64,000 bases of DNA from a virus. The DNA is taken from the IMG/VR virus record IMGVR_UViG_3300016476_000657, positions 6,583-70,582 of that record, one strand, 5' to 3'. The notes under the pieces were generated by a model, which did not search any database, was not told the origin of the DNA, and was given only the letters and a program-made list of their open reading frames with translations. This document shows positions 34,911-43,573 of the stretch, one piece after another. Position 1 is the stretch's first letter; every line of letters begins with the position of its first letter. Both the position numbers and the translations under genes were made by a program.

Positions 34911-35214
34911 TAATCTATATTCTGAACTTTTTCCCGAGGAACTAATGATGGAAGCATTTGGTACAACGACACCTGCCCAATCAAAAAAGAATGAGTACTT
35001 CTTTGATTGTTGGATGGAATGGAGAAACAACGAGTTTAAAACCGCTGCATTATTTTCTCCTACTACAAGTCCTGTGCAGTTTAAGACTTTAGTTAAAACT
35101 ACATGTAAGCAAATGGGCTTGAGAGAGTTTTGGGATTATCAAGTTAGAGGATACTCAGTTAGATTTAGAGAGCCTGAGATGAAAGCATTCTTTAAGATAT
35201 CTGCGAGCAAGTAA
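34897..35214 (+). CDS. Hypothetical protein
   Basis: ORF in operon. Confidence 0.55.
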   Translation: MQQRSNLYSELFPEELMMEAFGTTTPAQSKKNEYFFDCWMEWRNNEFKTAALFSPTTSPVQFKTLVKTTCKQMGLREFWDYQVRGYSVRFREPEMKAFFKISASK

Positions 35215-35525
35215 TGGATTATGTAGCTAAACTATACGGTCTTTCAGAAGATAAAGTTTCGCAGGAGATAATGAATCTCCATAAACGTCTTGCTACCGTT
35301 AACAGCACATCACCCATATATAATCAACTTTTAGAGATGCTTGATACTGCTGAAGCTATTAGGCAAGAAAAGATGATTATGGCTTCTCTTAAGGATGAAG
35401 ATAAACAAGATCAAGTTATTGATATTGGTTCTATTGAATCAGTTGTCTACACACCTATCTATTCACAAGAAGAATTTTTAGATGTAGTAGCAAGAATGTA
35501 TATTGACAATAAAGGTAAAAAATAA
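35214..35525 (+). CDS. Hypothetical protein
   Basis: TAATG coupling. Confidence 0.6.
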   Translation: MDYVAKLYGLSEDKVSQEIMNLHKRLATVNSTSPIYNQLLEMLDTAEAIRQEKMIMASLKDEDKQDQVIDIGSIESVVYTPIYSQEEFLDVVARMYIDNKGKK

Positions 35526-36271
35526 TGAAAAGTTTGTCTTTAGAAAAAACTAGTCGCGTTAAGTTAATGGTACTAGAAAATAAAAAGTTTGTTGTTCGTG
35601 AGTATGAAGTATCGTTCTCTATGATGACTCCAATTTCAGAAGCTGAGAGGCCTATGGCTGAACTACAGCTGGATCAGAATATTAGTTTTGCTAAAGCAAT
35701 TTGTTTCATTGATGCAGTGTTCAATAACAGTATTTTGATTACTCACGAAAATATGCAGCAATATGAAAAGACGCTGTGCGAATATTCAAATAACTTTATG
35801 CTGCTACCAGATGTAGCAGATACTACTATTATTCATGCACTGTACCATAAGTTAAGTTCAGTTGTTAGCGAGCTTACCGAAGTTACTAGCGTAACACTAA
35901 CTGACCTCGATGATCACTTAAAGTATCGCTTAGACATTTATGAGATCGATGAAGAGACAGATGAGCTACCTTCTATCACTGAATGGCTAGGTGAACTAGC
36001 CATTAATGAAAAGCCTTGGTGGAAGCGTTCAGATGAAAGCACTTGGGACGGTGTTGCCAAGAGTGCAGATGAATTAGAACACATTAGAGCTAACATAACA
36101 GAGGACAGCGACGAACCTTCTATGTTCGAAGACATTGAAGAAAGCATCACTAGCTTGTTTAAGTCGTTGGAGAAGGAAGCCAAAGGCGAAGAGGTTGGTG
36201 AGATTATTGAAGTTGACTTCAATCAAGAGCCCAAAAAGAAATCTAAGAAATGGAAGCCAACAATCATCTAA
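35525..36271 (+). CDS. Conserved hypothetical phage protein
   Basis: 248 aa, acidic C-terminal half, PWWKRSD motif. Confidence 0.65.
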   Translation: MKSLSLEKTSRVKLMVLENKKFVVREYEVSFSMMTPISEAERPMAELQLDQNISFAKAICFIDAVFNNSILITHENMQQYEKTLCEYSNNFMLLPDVADTTIIHALYHKLSSVVSELTEVTSVTLTDLDDHLKYRLDIYEIDEETDELPSITEWLGELAINEKPWWKRSDESTWDGVAKSADELEHIRANITEDSDEPSMFEDIEESITSLFKSLEKEAKGEEVGEIIEVDFNQEPKKKSKKWKPTII

Positions 36272-36274
36272 TGG

Positions 36275-36303
36275 TTGACTTTGGTGCAAAAAGGTGTTAT
36301 CAT
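36275..36303 (+). promoter_or_regulatory. Sigma70-type promoter
   Basis: TTGACT-17-TATCAT. Confidence 0.6.
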
Positions 36304-36309
36304 AATAGT

Positions 36310-36768
36310 ATGAATATTGTAAAAGCCACAGAGTCAGACGGTATTGAGTTACTGTACAGAAACAAGAGTTTGTATGGAATTCCGTTTTACGATGCTGATA
36401 GCTTTAACCGAGTATGCGATTCACTAGAACTAGACAAGCTGGCAACTGATATCGAATACAGTCAGCAGTTCAATATACCTCAACATTATGTCGAGATTGA
36501 CGTTGAGTCTTATATTAGAACGCTAGTCGCAGATGCTGGGCCTGCGGCGCAGGCAAGAGTAGAACAAGAACTTGAGATGTTCCGTACCAGGAACCTGTAT
36601 CCCATACTACAACTACTGATATATATTGTAGACACCATGCGTAAAAATAATATTGTGTGGGGTGTTGGTAGAGGTAGTAGCGTGGCCAGTTATTGTCTTT
36701 ACTTGTTAGGTGTTCATAAAATTGATAGCCTAAAGTATAATTTAGATATTCGCGAATTTTTAAAATGA
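36310..36768 (+). CDS. DNA polymerase III alpha subunit fragment (split DnaE piece)
   Basis: RVEQELEMF...IVWGVGRGSSVASYCLYLLGVHKIDSLKYNLDIREFLK*; stops before the PDxDxD catalytic motif. Confidence 0.8.
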   Translation: MNIVKATESDGIELLYRNKSLYGIPFYDADSFNRVCDSLELDKLATDIEYSQQFNIPQHYVEIDVESYIRTLVADAGPAAQARVEQELEMFRTRNLYPILQLLIYIVDTMRKNNIVWGVGRGSSVASYCLYLLGVHKIDSLKYNLDIREFLK

Positions 36769-36775
36769 GGATAGT

Positions 36776-37213
36776 ATGACAGTTAAAAGAAGCAATAGAG
36801 GCGTACCCATTGATTTTGACGCCTTAATGGCTAAAGCAGGAGAGTCAACCGCTGTTGGTAACATGCGTGTTAACGCTCACGGCGATGTACTTGGACCTGG
36901 TGGTCAAGTAGTACAGAGTAACGAAGATAGGGTACGTGCATACTATAAAAATAATCCTAGAAGCAGCACATCAGCTAGCCTCAAAGGCAATGCACCAACT
37001 TCAAAGTTGCAGCCAGATACAGCAACGCCTGAAGTTAAGACTGCTGCTACCGCAAAAGAAAATGTACGCACTAAGGCAGTACAACCAGACCCAACTCCTG
37101 TAGTTGAGCCCGATGAGTTCGATGCTCCACAAGAGCCAGTTGGATATAAAGAAGTAACGTTGCCTAACGGCGACATTGAAATGGTGCCTATTTACAAGTC
37201 GGAAGATGAGTAA
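36776..37213 (+). CDS. Conserved hypothetical phage protein
   Basis: GVPIDFDAL...AVGNMRVNAHGDVLGPGG. Confidence 0.65.
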   Translation: MTVKRSNRGVPIDFDALMAKAGESTAVGNMRVNAHGDVLGPGGQVVQSNEDRVRAYYKNNPRSSTSASLKGNAPTSKLQPDTATPEVKTAATAKENVRTKAVQPDPTPVVEPDEFDAPQEPVGYKEVTLPNGDIEMVPIYKSEDE

Positions 37214-37544
37214 CACTATTACAACAGTTGCTAATGGCGGCACAGGTATAACTGCTGGGCCACATCACGGACTAAAAACTACTATCTCCGCCGCCAATGG
37301 TAATCTTTCTGCACCTTTAATCACTAATGGTGGATTTACTTTTACTCAACCCAGTTCAGATTTCAAAGCTGGCACTATTACTATGAAGGGTGAAGGCAGT
37401 GAATCAGCAGAGTTCGATGCTGCATTCATTAACGATCTAAAACTACTATTAGAAGTAATTAACGAACTCCCAGACGAGCATCCACTGGGAGATCTAAAAC
37501 ATGATATGCGGATGCGCCGCGCTTTTAAACGTCTTGGAGGTTAA
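37206..37544 (+). CDS. Hypothetical protein
   Basis: ORF in operon. Confidence 0.5.
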   Translation: MSNTITTVANGGTGITAGPHHGLKTTISAANGNLSAPLITNGGFTFTQPSSDFKAGTITMKGEGSESAEFDAAFINDLKLLLEVINELPDEHPLGDLKHDMRMRRAFKRLGG

Positions 37545-37919
37545 ATGAAACTGCGAGCAATTAAGGATAACATTCTTTGTACTGATGGCGACTTTGGTGA
37601 CAAGGTTACCGCTAGTGGACTAATTGTACAAAGCACTATTGGTAAATCAGAAGGAATCGTTCCTCGCTGGTTCCGAGTGTTTGAGGTTGGCAGTGACATT
37701 GATTGGGTCAAGCCAGGTCAGTGGGTTTATGTAGATTACGGTCGCTGGTCTGAAGGTATCGAAGTAGAAGACGAACGATTTGATACTGAAAACAACAAGA
37801 AGAAGATCTGGAAGGTTGATCCTAATGCTTGCCTGCTAGTTACTGACGAAGAACCTAACTTGCACGAAATCGTTATCAACACTGATGCAGTTTCAGCAGT
37901 TAAGAAGACTCTGGTGTAA
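37545..37919 (+). CDS. GroES/gp31-like co-chaperonin
   Basis: LRAIKDNIL...TASGLIV...VFEVGSD...VKPGQWV. Confidence 0.7.
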   Translation: MKLRAIKDNILCTDGDFGDKVTASGLIVQSTIGKSEGIVPRWFRVFEVGSDIDWVKPGQWVYVDYGRWSEGIEVEDERFDTENNKKKIWKVDPNACLLVTDEEPNLHEIVINTDAVSAVKKTLV

Positions 37920-37923
37920 TAGT

Positions 37924-38100
37924 ATGAAACTACCTGAATTTAACAACGTAACAGTTAACGGCGGTCTCACCACTGTTGGCCTACTAGGGGTATCGCTTAC
38001 TGTGCTAGTGGCGCTAGGAGAAATTAGCATTTGGTGGCTTGTGCCTAGTGTACTATGTGTTCTTACTGGTATCGGCATGGAATCAACTAGATCTAAATAA
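37924..38100 (+). CDS. Small two-TM membrane protein
   Basis: Two hydrophobic helices, 58 aa. Confidence 0.55.
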   Translation: MKLPEFNNVTVNGGLTTVGLLGVSLTVLVALGEISIWWLVPSVLCVLTGIGMESTRSK

Positions 38101-38103
38101 TTT

Positions 38104-38919
38104 ATGCTTAGATTAAAGTTGGGGATCGTTGGTTGCGGTTTTGTTGGCAACGCTGTAGTTAATGGCTTTGGTGCACCTAACGTTGATATGTGGATAGTAG
38201 ATCCTCAACATACTACAACTAGGTTGCAAGAGCTAGTTGAAGCTGATACTCATTTAACATTTATATGCTTGCCAACTCCCGAAGCCAGTGACGGCTCAGT
38301 AGATGTTACTATAGTTGATAATGTACTGGTTGAATTAAACAAATATGCATACGATGGTATAGTTGTTATTAAAAGTACTATTACTCCAGATCACTTAATT
38401 AGATTCACAGAACAATATAATTTACGTATCGTATACAACCCAGAGTTTTTAACTGAAGCTAATGCACATCAAGACTTCATTAATCCACCTATGCAGATCC
38501 TAGGTGGTGTTTGGGAAGAATGCGAAATTGTTGAACGTGCATATGTTGAGTTCAGTAAGGTAAAGGTAGTACCTACATTTAAAACAGATATTGTTAGTGC
38601 TAGCTTACTCAAATATACCATTAACAGTTGGCTAGCAACTAAAGTTTCCTTTATGAATGAATTGTACCATTTGCATCAATCTAGTGGTGCTAAGACAAGT
38701 TGGGAACAGTTTACTGACATGCTGCAAAGAGACCCACGTGTCGGAAGCAGTCACTTAGGTGTTCCTGGTACTGACGGCAAGTTTGGTTTTGGGGGACATT
38801 GTTTCCCTAAAGACACCAATGCGCTGCTTGCATATTCATCTAAGAATAATGTTGGTATGAGCGTATTAGGTCAAGCAGTATCTTACAACAATTCAATTAG
38901 AAAAGACGTTGACAAATAA
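38104..38919 (+). CDS. UDP-glucose/GDP-mannose dehydrogenase family protein, lacking the C-terminal domain
   Basis: GIVGCGFVG, ICLPTP, IKSTITP, YNPEFL, KYTINSWLA, GFGGHCFPKD. Confidence 0.85.
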   Translation: MLRLKLGIVGCGFVGNAVVNGFGAPNVDMWIVDPQHTTTRLQELVEADTHLTFICLPTPEASDGSVDVTIVDNVLVELNKYAYDGIVVIKSTITPDHLIRFTEQYNLRIVYNPEFLTEANAHQDFINPPMQILGGVWEECEIVERAYVEFSKVKVVPTFKTDIVSASLLKYTINSWLATKVSFMNELYHLHQSSGAKTSWEQFTDMLQRDPRVGSSHLGVPGTDGKFGFGGHCFPKDTNALLAYSSKNNVGMSVLGQAVSYNNSIRKDVDK

Positions 38920-38937
38920 TCTTACTTCGTGTATACT
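38909..38937 (+). promoter_or_regulatory. Sigma70-type promoter
   Basis: TTGACA-17-TATACT. Confidence 0.7.
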
Positions 38938-38959
38938 AAGTTAATTATAGGAGTAAGTT

Positions 38960-39148
38960 ATGCCAATGCCTGAAAAAGTTATTATCCCCGCAGCCAAAGA
39001 CCCGGGTCGAGGTCATTTTTATGTTAGCTTAATAAAGAGCTTCATTCGTATTGGCGCTGGTGGCGCACTGATAGCAGGTAATGTAATTCTTGCCGGTGTG
39101 CTGCTTATTGTAGCAGAACTACTAGGTATCGTTGAGGAAATTGTATGA
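38960..39148 (+). CDS. Small membrane protein
   Basis: AGGAG RBS; HFYVSLIKSFIRI...AELLGIVEEI. Confidence 0.65.
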   Translation: MPMPEKVIIPAAKDPGRGHFYVSLIKSFIRIGAGGALIAGNVILAGVLLIVAELLGIVEEIV

Positions 39149-40068
39149 AAGAGCTTTGGACAGAAAAGTATCGCCCTACAGACATTAACAGTTACGTCTT
39201 TAGGGACGCAAAGCAGAAGCAGCAAGTATCAGGGTGGCTAAGTGATGGTGCTCTGCCACACTTGCTATTCAGTGGTGCGCCTGGTACAGGTAAGACTACA
39301 CTAGCAAAGGTACTACTCAACGAGCTAGGTATCAACAGCATGGATATCCTAGAGATCAACGCTTCAAACGAAAACAACGTTGATACTATTCGTAACAAGA
39401 TCACAAACTTTGCTAGCACTATGCCATTTGGTGATATGAAGTATGTGTTGCTAGACGAAGCTGACTACATTACTCCTAACGGTCAAGCTGCACTACGTGG
39501 TGTTATGGAAATGTATGCTAGTAGCTGTCGCTTTATTCTAACCTGTAACTATCCGCAGCGTGTTATTCCTGCGCTGCATAGCAGAACACAGGGCTTCCAT
39601 ATTGAGAAGCTAGACGTTACAGAGTTTACTGCTCGCATCGCAGAGATCGCAGTAACTGAAGGGGTTGACATTGATCTAGAAACACTAGACACATATGTAC
39701 AAGCAACCTATCCAGACTTGCGTAAGTGCATTAACCTTGTTCAGCAAAACGTAGTAGATGGCGTGCTACAGAAGCCTCAAGCTGGCGACAGCAACCAAAG
39801 TGATTGGATGCTAAGTGCTATTGATCTGTTTAAGAGCGGAGAGTTTAAGCCAGCACGTGAGCTTATTGTAAGTCAGGCTCGGCCAGAGGAGTACGACGAA
39901 GTGTATCGCTTCATGTACCGTAACTTAGAACTTTGGGGTAAGTCGCAGCTACAGCAAGATCAAGCTATTGTTATTATTCGCGATGGCATGGCTAAGAGCA
40001 GCTTGTGTGCTGATCCAGAAATCAATCTTAGCGCAACGCTAATTGAACTGCAAATGAACGCAGGTTAA
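39145..40068 (+). CDS. Clamp loader small subunit (RFC/T4 gp44-like)
   Basis: LWTEKYRP, GAPGTGKTT, EINASNE, LLDEAD, FILTCNY, LHSR, PDLRKCIN. Confidence 0.9.
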   Translation: MKELWTEKYRPTDINSYVFRDAKQKQQVSGWLSDGALPHLLFSGAPGTGKTTLAKVLLNELGINSMDILEINASNENNVDTIRNKITNFASTMPFGDMKYVLLDEADYITPNGQAALRGVMEMYASSCRFILTCNYPQRVIPALHSRTQGFHIEKLDVTEFTARIAEIAVTEGVDIDLETLDTYVQATYPDLRKCINLVQQNVVDGVLQKPQAGDSNQSDWMLSAIDLFKSGEFKPARELIVSQARPEEYDEVYRFMYRNLELWGKSQLQQDQAIVIIRDGMAKSSLCADPEINLSATLIELQMNAG

Positions 40069-40097
40069 AAATATAGGGGCTTGCGCCCCTATATTTT
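40068..40097. terminator. Bidirectional intrinsic terminator
   Basis: Perfect 13-bp inverted repeat AAAATATAGGGGC-TTGC-GCCCCTATATTTT between convergent genes. Confidence 0.85.
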
Positions 40098-40845
40098 ATT
40101 CTTCTCCGTAAATGCGTAGTACTTCTTCTACTACAGGGTGACGTTCAATATCGCCTCTGTCAAAGTTTACTACTTTAATTCTTTCGGAACCTCTGTCTAG
40201 TAAACGTTCCATAAACATCTTTAGACCATTACTTTCGTAACCGCGATCATGTTGGTTAAGGTCACCTGTTACTACTAGCTTGCTGCCTTCGCCGATACGT
40301 GTTAGCAACATCTTCATCTGGTTGTCTGTTGCGTTCTGCATTTCGTCAGCAATAATAAAACTGTTCTTAAATGTTCTACCGCGCATGTATGCAAGCGGCG
40401 CAATTTCTAGTTTATTTGCTTTTAGCAAATATTCGAGCTGCTCTGGGTGGTAGTATTCCTCAAAAATGTCAAAGATTGGTCGGGTCCACGGTGCCATCTT
40501 CTCTTGTAGAGTGCCTGGTAGGAAACCATGTTGCTCATCAACGCTGACTGCTGGTCTGGTGAGAACAAACTTATCGATATAACCTTTTTTGAATCCTTTG
40601 ATACCTGCTAGGGTTGAGATTAGTGTTTTACCTGTTCCTGCTGGACCAATCGCAAACACTATATTGACTTTGTCATCTTCTAAGTGACCTAGTAAGTCGT
40701 CTTGGTGAAAATTTCTTGGTACAATATTAACTTCTTTCTGTCTGGGCTTTGTAACAGCACCGCCCTCAATTACTCTCAAATGGTTATCTCCCTTATGGTT
40801 AAACTCTTTCGCATATTCGCGTTCTTTTCTTCTGCGTCTTGACAT
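40096..40845 (-). CDS. phoH: PhoH-like ATPase
   Basis: GPAGTGKT, LTRPAV, GFLPGTLQEKMAPW, PLAYMRGRTF, ADEMQN, GDLNQHD; CAT at 40843-40845 and TTA at 40096-40098 show minus strand (track label is wrong). Confidence 0.9.
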   Translation of the reverse strand: MSRRRRKEREYAKEFNHKGDNHLRVIEGGAVTKPRQKEVNIVPRNFHQDDLLGHLEDDKVNIVFAIGPAGTGKTLISTLAGIKGFKKGYIDKFVLTRPAVSVDEQHGFLPGTLQEKMAPWTRPIFDIFEEYYHPEQLEYLLKANKLEIAPLAYMRGRTFKNSFIIADEMQNATDNQMKMLLTRIGEGSKLVVTGDLNQHDRGYESNGLKMFMERLLDRGSERIKVVNFDRGDIERHPVVEEVLRIYGEE

Positions 40846-40990
40846 CTTAAGGTACTCCCTTTAGTATAGTCAATAAAAAAGGCGCTGGCAGCACTTTCCG
40901 CTGTTCCTAACGCCTTGTTTAGTTGAGTGTCGTATAAAGTGTTAAACATCATACACTTTTATTTAGCTAGGTACTTAAAATGATAACAGC

Positions 40991-41003
40991 TAACTTATTG
41001 ATT
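40991..41003. promoter_or_regulatory. IHF consensus site
   Basis: TAACTTATTGATT. Confidence 0.55.
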
Positions 41004-41023
41004 TTGAAAGATATTAAAAATGG

Positions 41024-41051
41024 TTGACTTTTGCTTATTATCGTTTATAAT
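41024..41051 (+). promoter_or_regulatory. Sigma70-type promoter
   Basis: TTGACT-16-TATAAT. Confidence 0.7.
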
Positions 41052-41083
41052 GTATGTATGTTAACAGTAATTAGGAATTAATC

Positions 41084-42202
41084 ATGACCTTATCTTACGC
41101 TGACCAGTTTAACGCAAGATATAATTACTCAGAAAGCGACTACGTTGATGTCCCAACTCGTTTTCAAGAGTTCGTTGATGAAAATCGACTAATCGAAATT
41201 AAGATGGCTTGCCGAGAGTTCAAGCGCCGCAATCCAAACTGGAAAAGTTTTAGCGACATTCCGCTGTGTATTGCACAAAAGGCTAAAGGCTCAAAGATTC
41301 GCATCGATAAGACGATGCAGCGTTTTCTTGTTATCGATAGCTGTGTTAATAAGGTAGACAGCTTTAAGTCTACTAAGGTTATGCCTATTCAGGTTAACCC
41401 CCACCCAACCGAAGAAGACACATACACTGCATGGGATGGCCAGCACACTGTAATTATGCTGTACATTATTTGTACATATGTGTTTGGTGAGAATTGGGAC
41501 GAAGTCGATATTCCAATTGTGATTTATGCGACTACCGAGAAGGCCGAAATTCGTGAAGGCTTTGTTGGACTTAACGGTGAGGATAAGAATCCGCTAGATC
41601 CAATTGATATCTGGATGCAGATGTTGTACGGTGTTCGAGTAGACGGCTCAGAAAATCCGAAGTGGGTTGATGCTAACGAAAAGCAAAAGCAGTTGGAAAA
41701 GTTTAAGCTGTTTGCAACTCACGAAAAGTTTGACAATGCTCATGAAGTAGGTGCGATTTCACGTTTGGCTGAAATTGAAAAGGCTACTGCTGAAGATCTG
41801 CATCTGTTTGGTATTTATTGGGCTGCTATTCGACAGCAACGTTCAGTTCAGCCAAAGGAAAGTTACATGATGCTAACTTGGATCATGTTGTGCCGAACTG
41901 AAGGTGTTAAGCTAGATGAAGATTACATGCTTGACCTAGCAGACATGGCTACTACATTTTGGCGTGCTGACTTCTCGCCAAGTGGACCGTTCTGGGCCAA
42001 GGCAGAGATTGCGTATGAGAATTGGCATGAAGAAAAGTATAAGGACTTTAAGGATGCTGACAAGCCAGAGCCAAGTATGCAAAAGCTACCGACTCACGGT
42101 ATCCCATTCCTTAACGCACAAATTCAAAAAACGTTGAAGCGTAAGGTCCCTGCTTATTTTGCTAACAATGGCTTTAAGCCTGCCGAGGAAGATCTGTGGT
42201 AA
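41084..42202 (+). CDS. ParB/Srx-superfamily-like (DGQH motif) protein
   Basis: IRIDKTMQR...VMPIQV...YTAWDGQHT. Confidence 0.5.
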   Translation: MTLSYADQFNARYNYSESDYVDVPTRFQEFVDENRLIEIKMACREFKRRNPNWKSFSDIPLCIAQKAKGSKIRIDKTMQRFLVIDSCVNKVDSFKSTKVMPIQVNPHPTEEDTYTAWDGQHTVIMLYIICTYVFGENWDEVDIPIVIYATTEKAEIREGFVGLNGEDKNPLDPIDIWMQMLYGVRVDGSENPKWVDANEKQKQLEKFKLFATHEKFDNAHEVGAISRLAEIEKATAEDLHLFGIYWAAIRQQRSVQPKESYMMLTWIMLCRTEGVKLDEDYMLDLADMATTFWRADFSPSGPFWAKAEIAYENWHEEKYKDFKDADKPEPSMQKLPTHGIPFLNAQIQKTLKRKVPAYFANNGFKPAEEDLW

Positions 42203-42639
42203 GGTCGATACACGACATTCCAAAGAGCAAACACGAACGTCGCAGGATCATTGAAAACAATGTGACCTGCGATGTTCCTGGTTGTACCGAACTCATTAGT
42301 TTGTACAAGGGTCCAAACTGTGATACTAAATGCCGCGAGCACCAGCTTCAAGGTGTTGAGTATAGCGGCAATGCGTTCTCTGATCGAGTATACACCTATC
42401 ACAAAAAACATGTTTGTGAGGAGTGCGGGTACGATCCTTATGTAGATACTGTTAGGTTTAAGATTGAGGATTTTGAAAGCGAAGCTGATATGAAACGCTG
42501 TCAAAATAAGCTACTAACAGTTGACCACATTGACGGCAATCATGCAAATAACGAACCTGACAATTGTAGGACGCTATGCCATCTTTGCCATACGATTAAA
42601 ACTCACATAAACAAAGACTGGACGTGGAAGTCCGAGTAG
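42196..42639 (+). CDS. HNH endonuclease with zinc-binding Cys pairs
   Basis: CEECG...LTVDHIDGNHANNEPDNCRTLCHLCHTIKT. Confidence 0.85.
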   Translation: MVRSIHDIPKSKHERRRIIENNVTCDVPGCTELISLYKGPNCDTKCREHQLQGVEYSGNAFSDRVYTYHKKHVCEECGYDPYVDTVRFKIEDFESEADMKRCQNKLLTVDHIDGNHANNEPDNCRTLCHLCHTIKTHINKDWTWKSE

Positions 42640-42649
42640 ACATGCGTTA

Positions 42650-42991
42650 ATGTATTATAAAATAACCAAACTTAACAAACGCTACACTTGGCACGAGCAT
42701 TTTAGTCATCGGGTTGAAATCATACGTCCTGCTAGTCGTATGACAGTTAATGACCACGATCGTAACTCTAACTTTGTTATGCTACGGCAATGGTGCTGGG
42801 ACAACTTTGGCCCTAGCGTTGAAACTATCTATTGGGACAAGCTAAAAAATAGCCATCAAGCTCATTTATCTAATGAAAAATGGGCATGGTACGTTAATGT
42901 ACACGATGGCTATCGTACTTTCCTATATTTTGCAGACGAAACTGCACTATTCTTTTTTAAGCTCAATTGGCCCTTAACTCTTAAGCGTTAA
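42650..42991 (+). CDS. Hypothetical phage protein
   Basis: LRQWCWDNFGPS motif. Confidence 0.6.
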   Translation: MYYKITKLNKRYTWHEHFSHRVEIIRPASRMTVNDHDRNSNFVMLRQWCWDNFGPSVETIYWDKLKNSHQAHLSNEKWAWYVNVHDGYRTFLYFADETALFFFKLNWPLTLKR

Positions 42992-42994
42992 ACT

Positions 42995-43002
42995 GATAAA
43001 TA
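42995..43002 (+). promoter_or_regulatory. T4-late-like promoter GATAAATA
   Basis: Intergenic, upstream of 43022. Confidence 0.6.
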
Positions 43003-43021
43003 GTTGTAACAGGAGAATGTT

Positions 43022-43573
43022 ATGACTATATCAGTTAAGATGGTCAACGACCAGATTAAGAAGATCAGCGAAACAAACACCCTTCTAGACATGTTGCTAG
43101 AAGTTGAAAAGGTGCTAGACAGTTGCGATCTATATGCGTATGCTAACTGGAAGAAGGGCGAAGTATTAGAGGGCCCTACACTAGAGCGCCATTGGGTTAA
43201 TGTAAAGCTACTTTACCCATACAATGAGATGCCAGATCCAGAAGGTGCAAAGCGTTTATTAGCACGTCAGTGCTTAGTTGACTATAAAAAAGAAACTCTA
43301 CTAACTCCTGTTAAAGTTAGAAATTTTGACGATGTTGAAGTAACAGTTCGTCCTGATGGTAGCACACGCTACAAGACTCGTACTGAAAGTCAACCAGTAT
43401 GGGTAGTTGAACTAAAGATTCCTCGCAAGTACGTAGATGAATTCTCTACCGCAGTTATTGAAGCTGATGAGGATTCATATGTTGATACCGAAGATACAAA
43501 TACAGAAACTGATCTTGAGGCACAACAGTTGGTAGCCCCACCTGAACAACAGCCTGCACAAGGAGCATTTTAA
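43022..43573 (+). CDS. Conserved hypothetical late protein
   Basis: AGGAG RBS; DLYAYANWKKGEVLEGP...MPDPEGAKRL. Confidence 0.7.
   Translation: MTISVKMVNDQIKKISETNTLLDMLLEVEKVLDSCDLYAYANWKKGEVLEGPTLERHWVNVKLLYPYNEMPDPEGAKRLLARQCLVDYKKETLLTPVKVRNFDDVEVTVRPDGSTRYKTRTESQPVWVVELKIPRKYVDEFSTAVIEADEDSYVDTEDTNTETDLEAQQLVAPPEQQPAQGAF

Noticed and set aside
36310-36768. Split intein explaining the DnaE fragment
   Set aside because: The ORF ends in polymerase sequence with no Cys/Ser-initiated intein block
40096-40845. ORF track lists the PhoH ORF on +
   Set aside because: The + strand has TTA at 40096 and CAT at 40843-40845; the protein is read from the reverse complement, so it is annotated on minus
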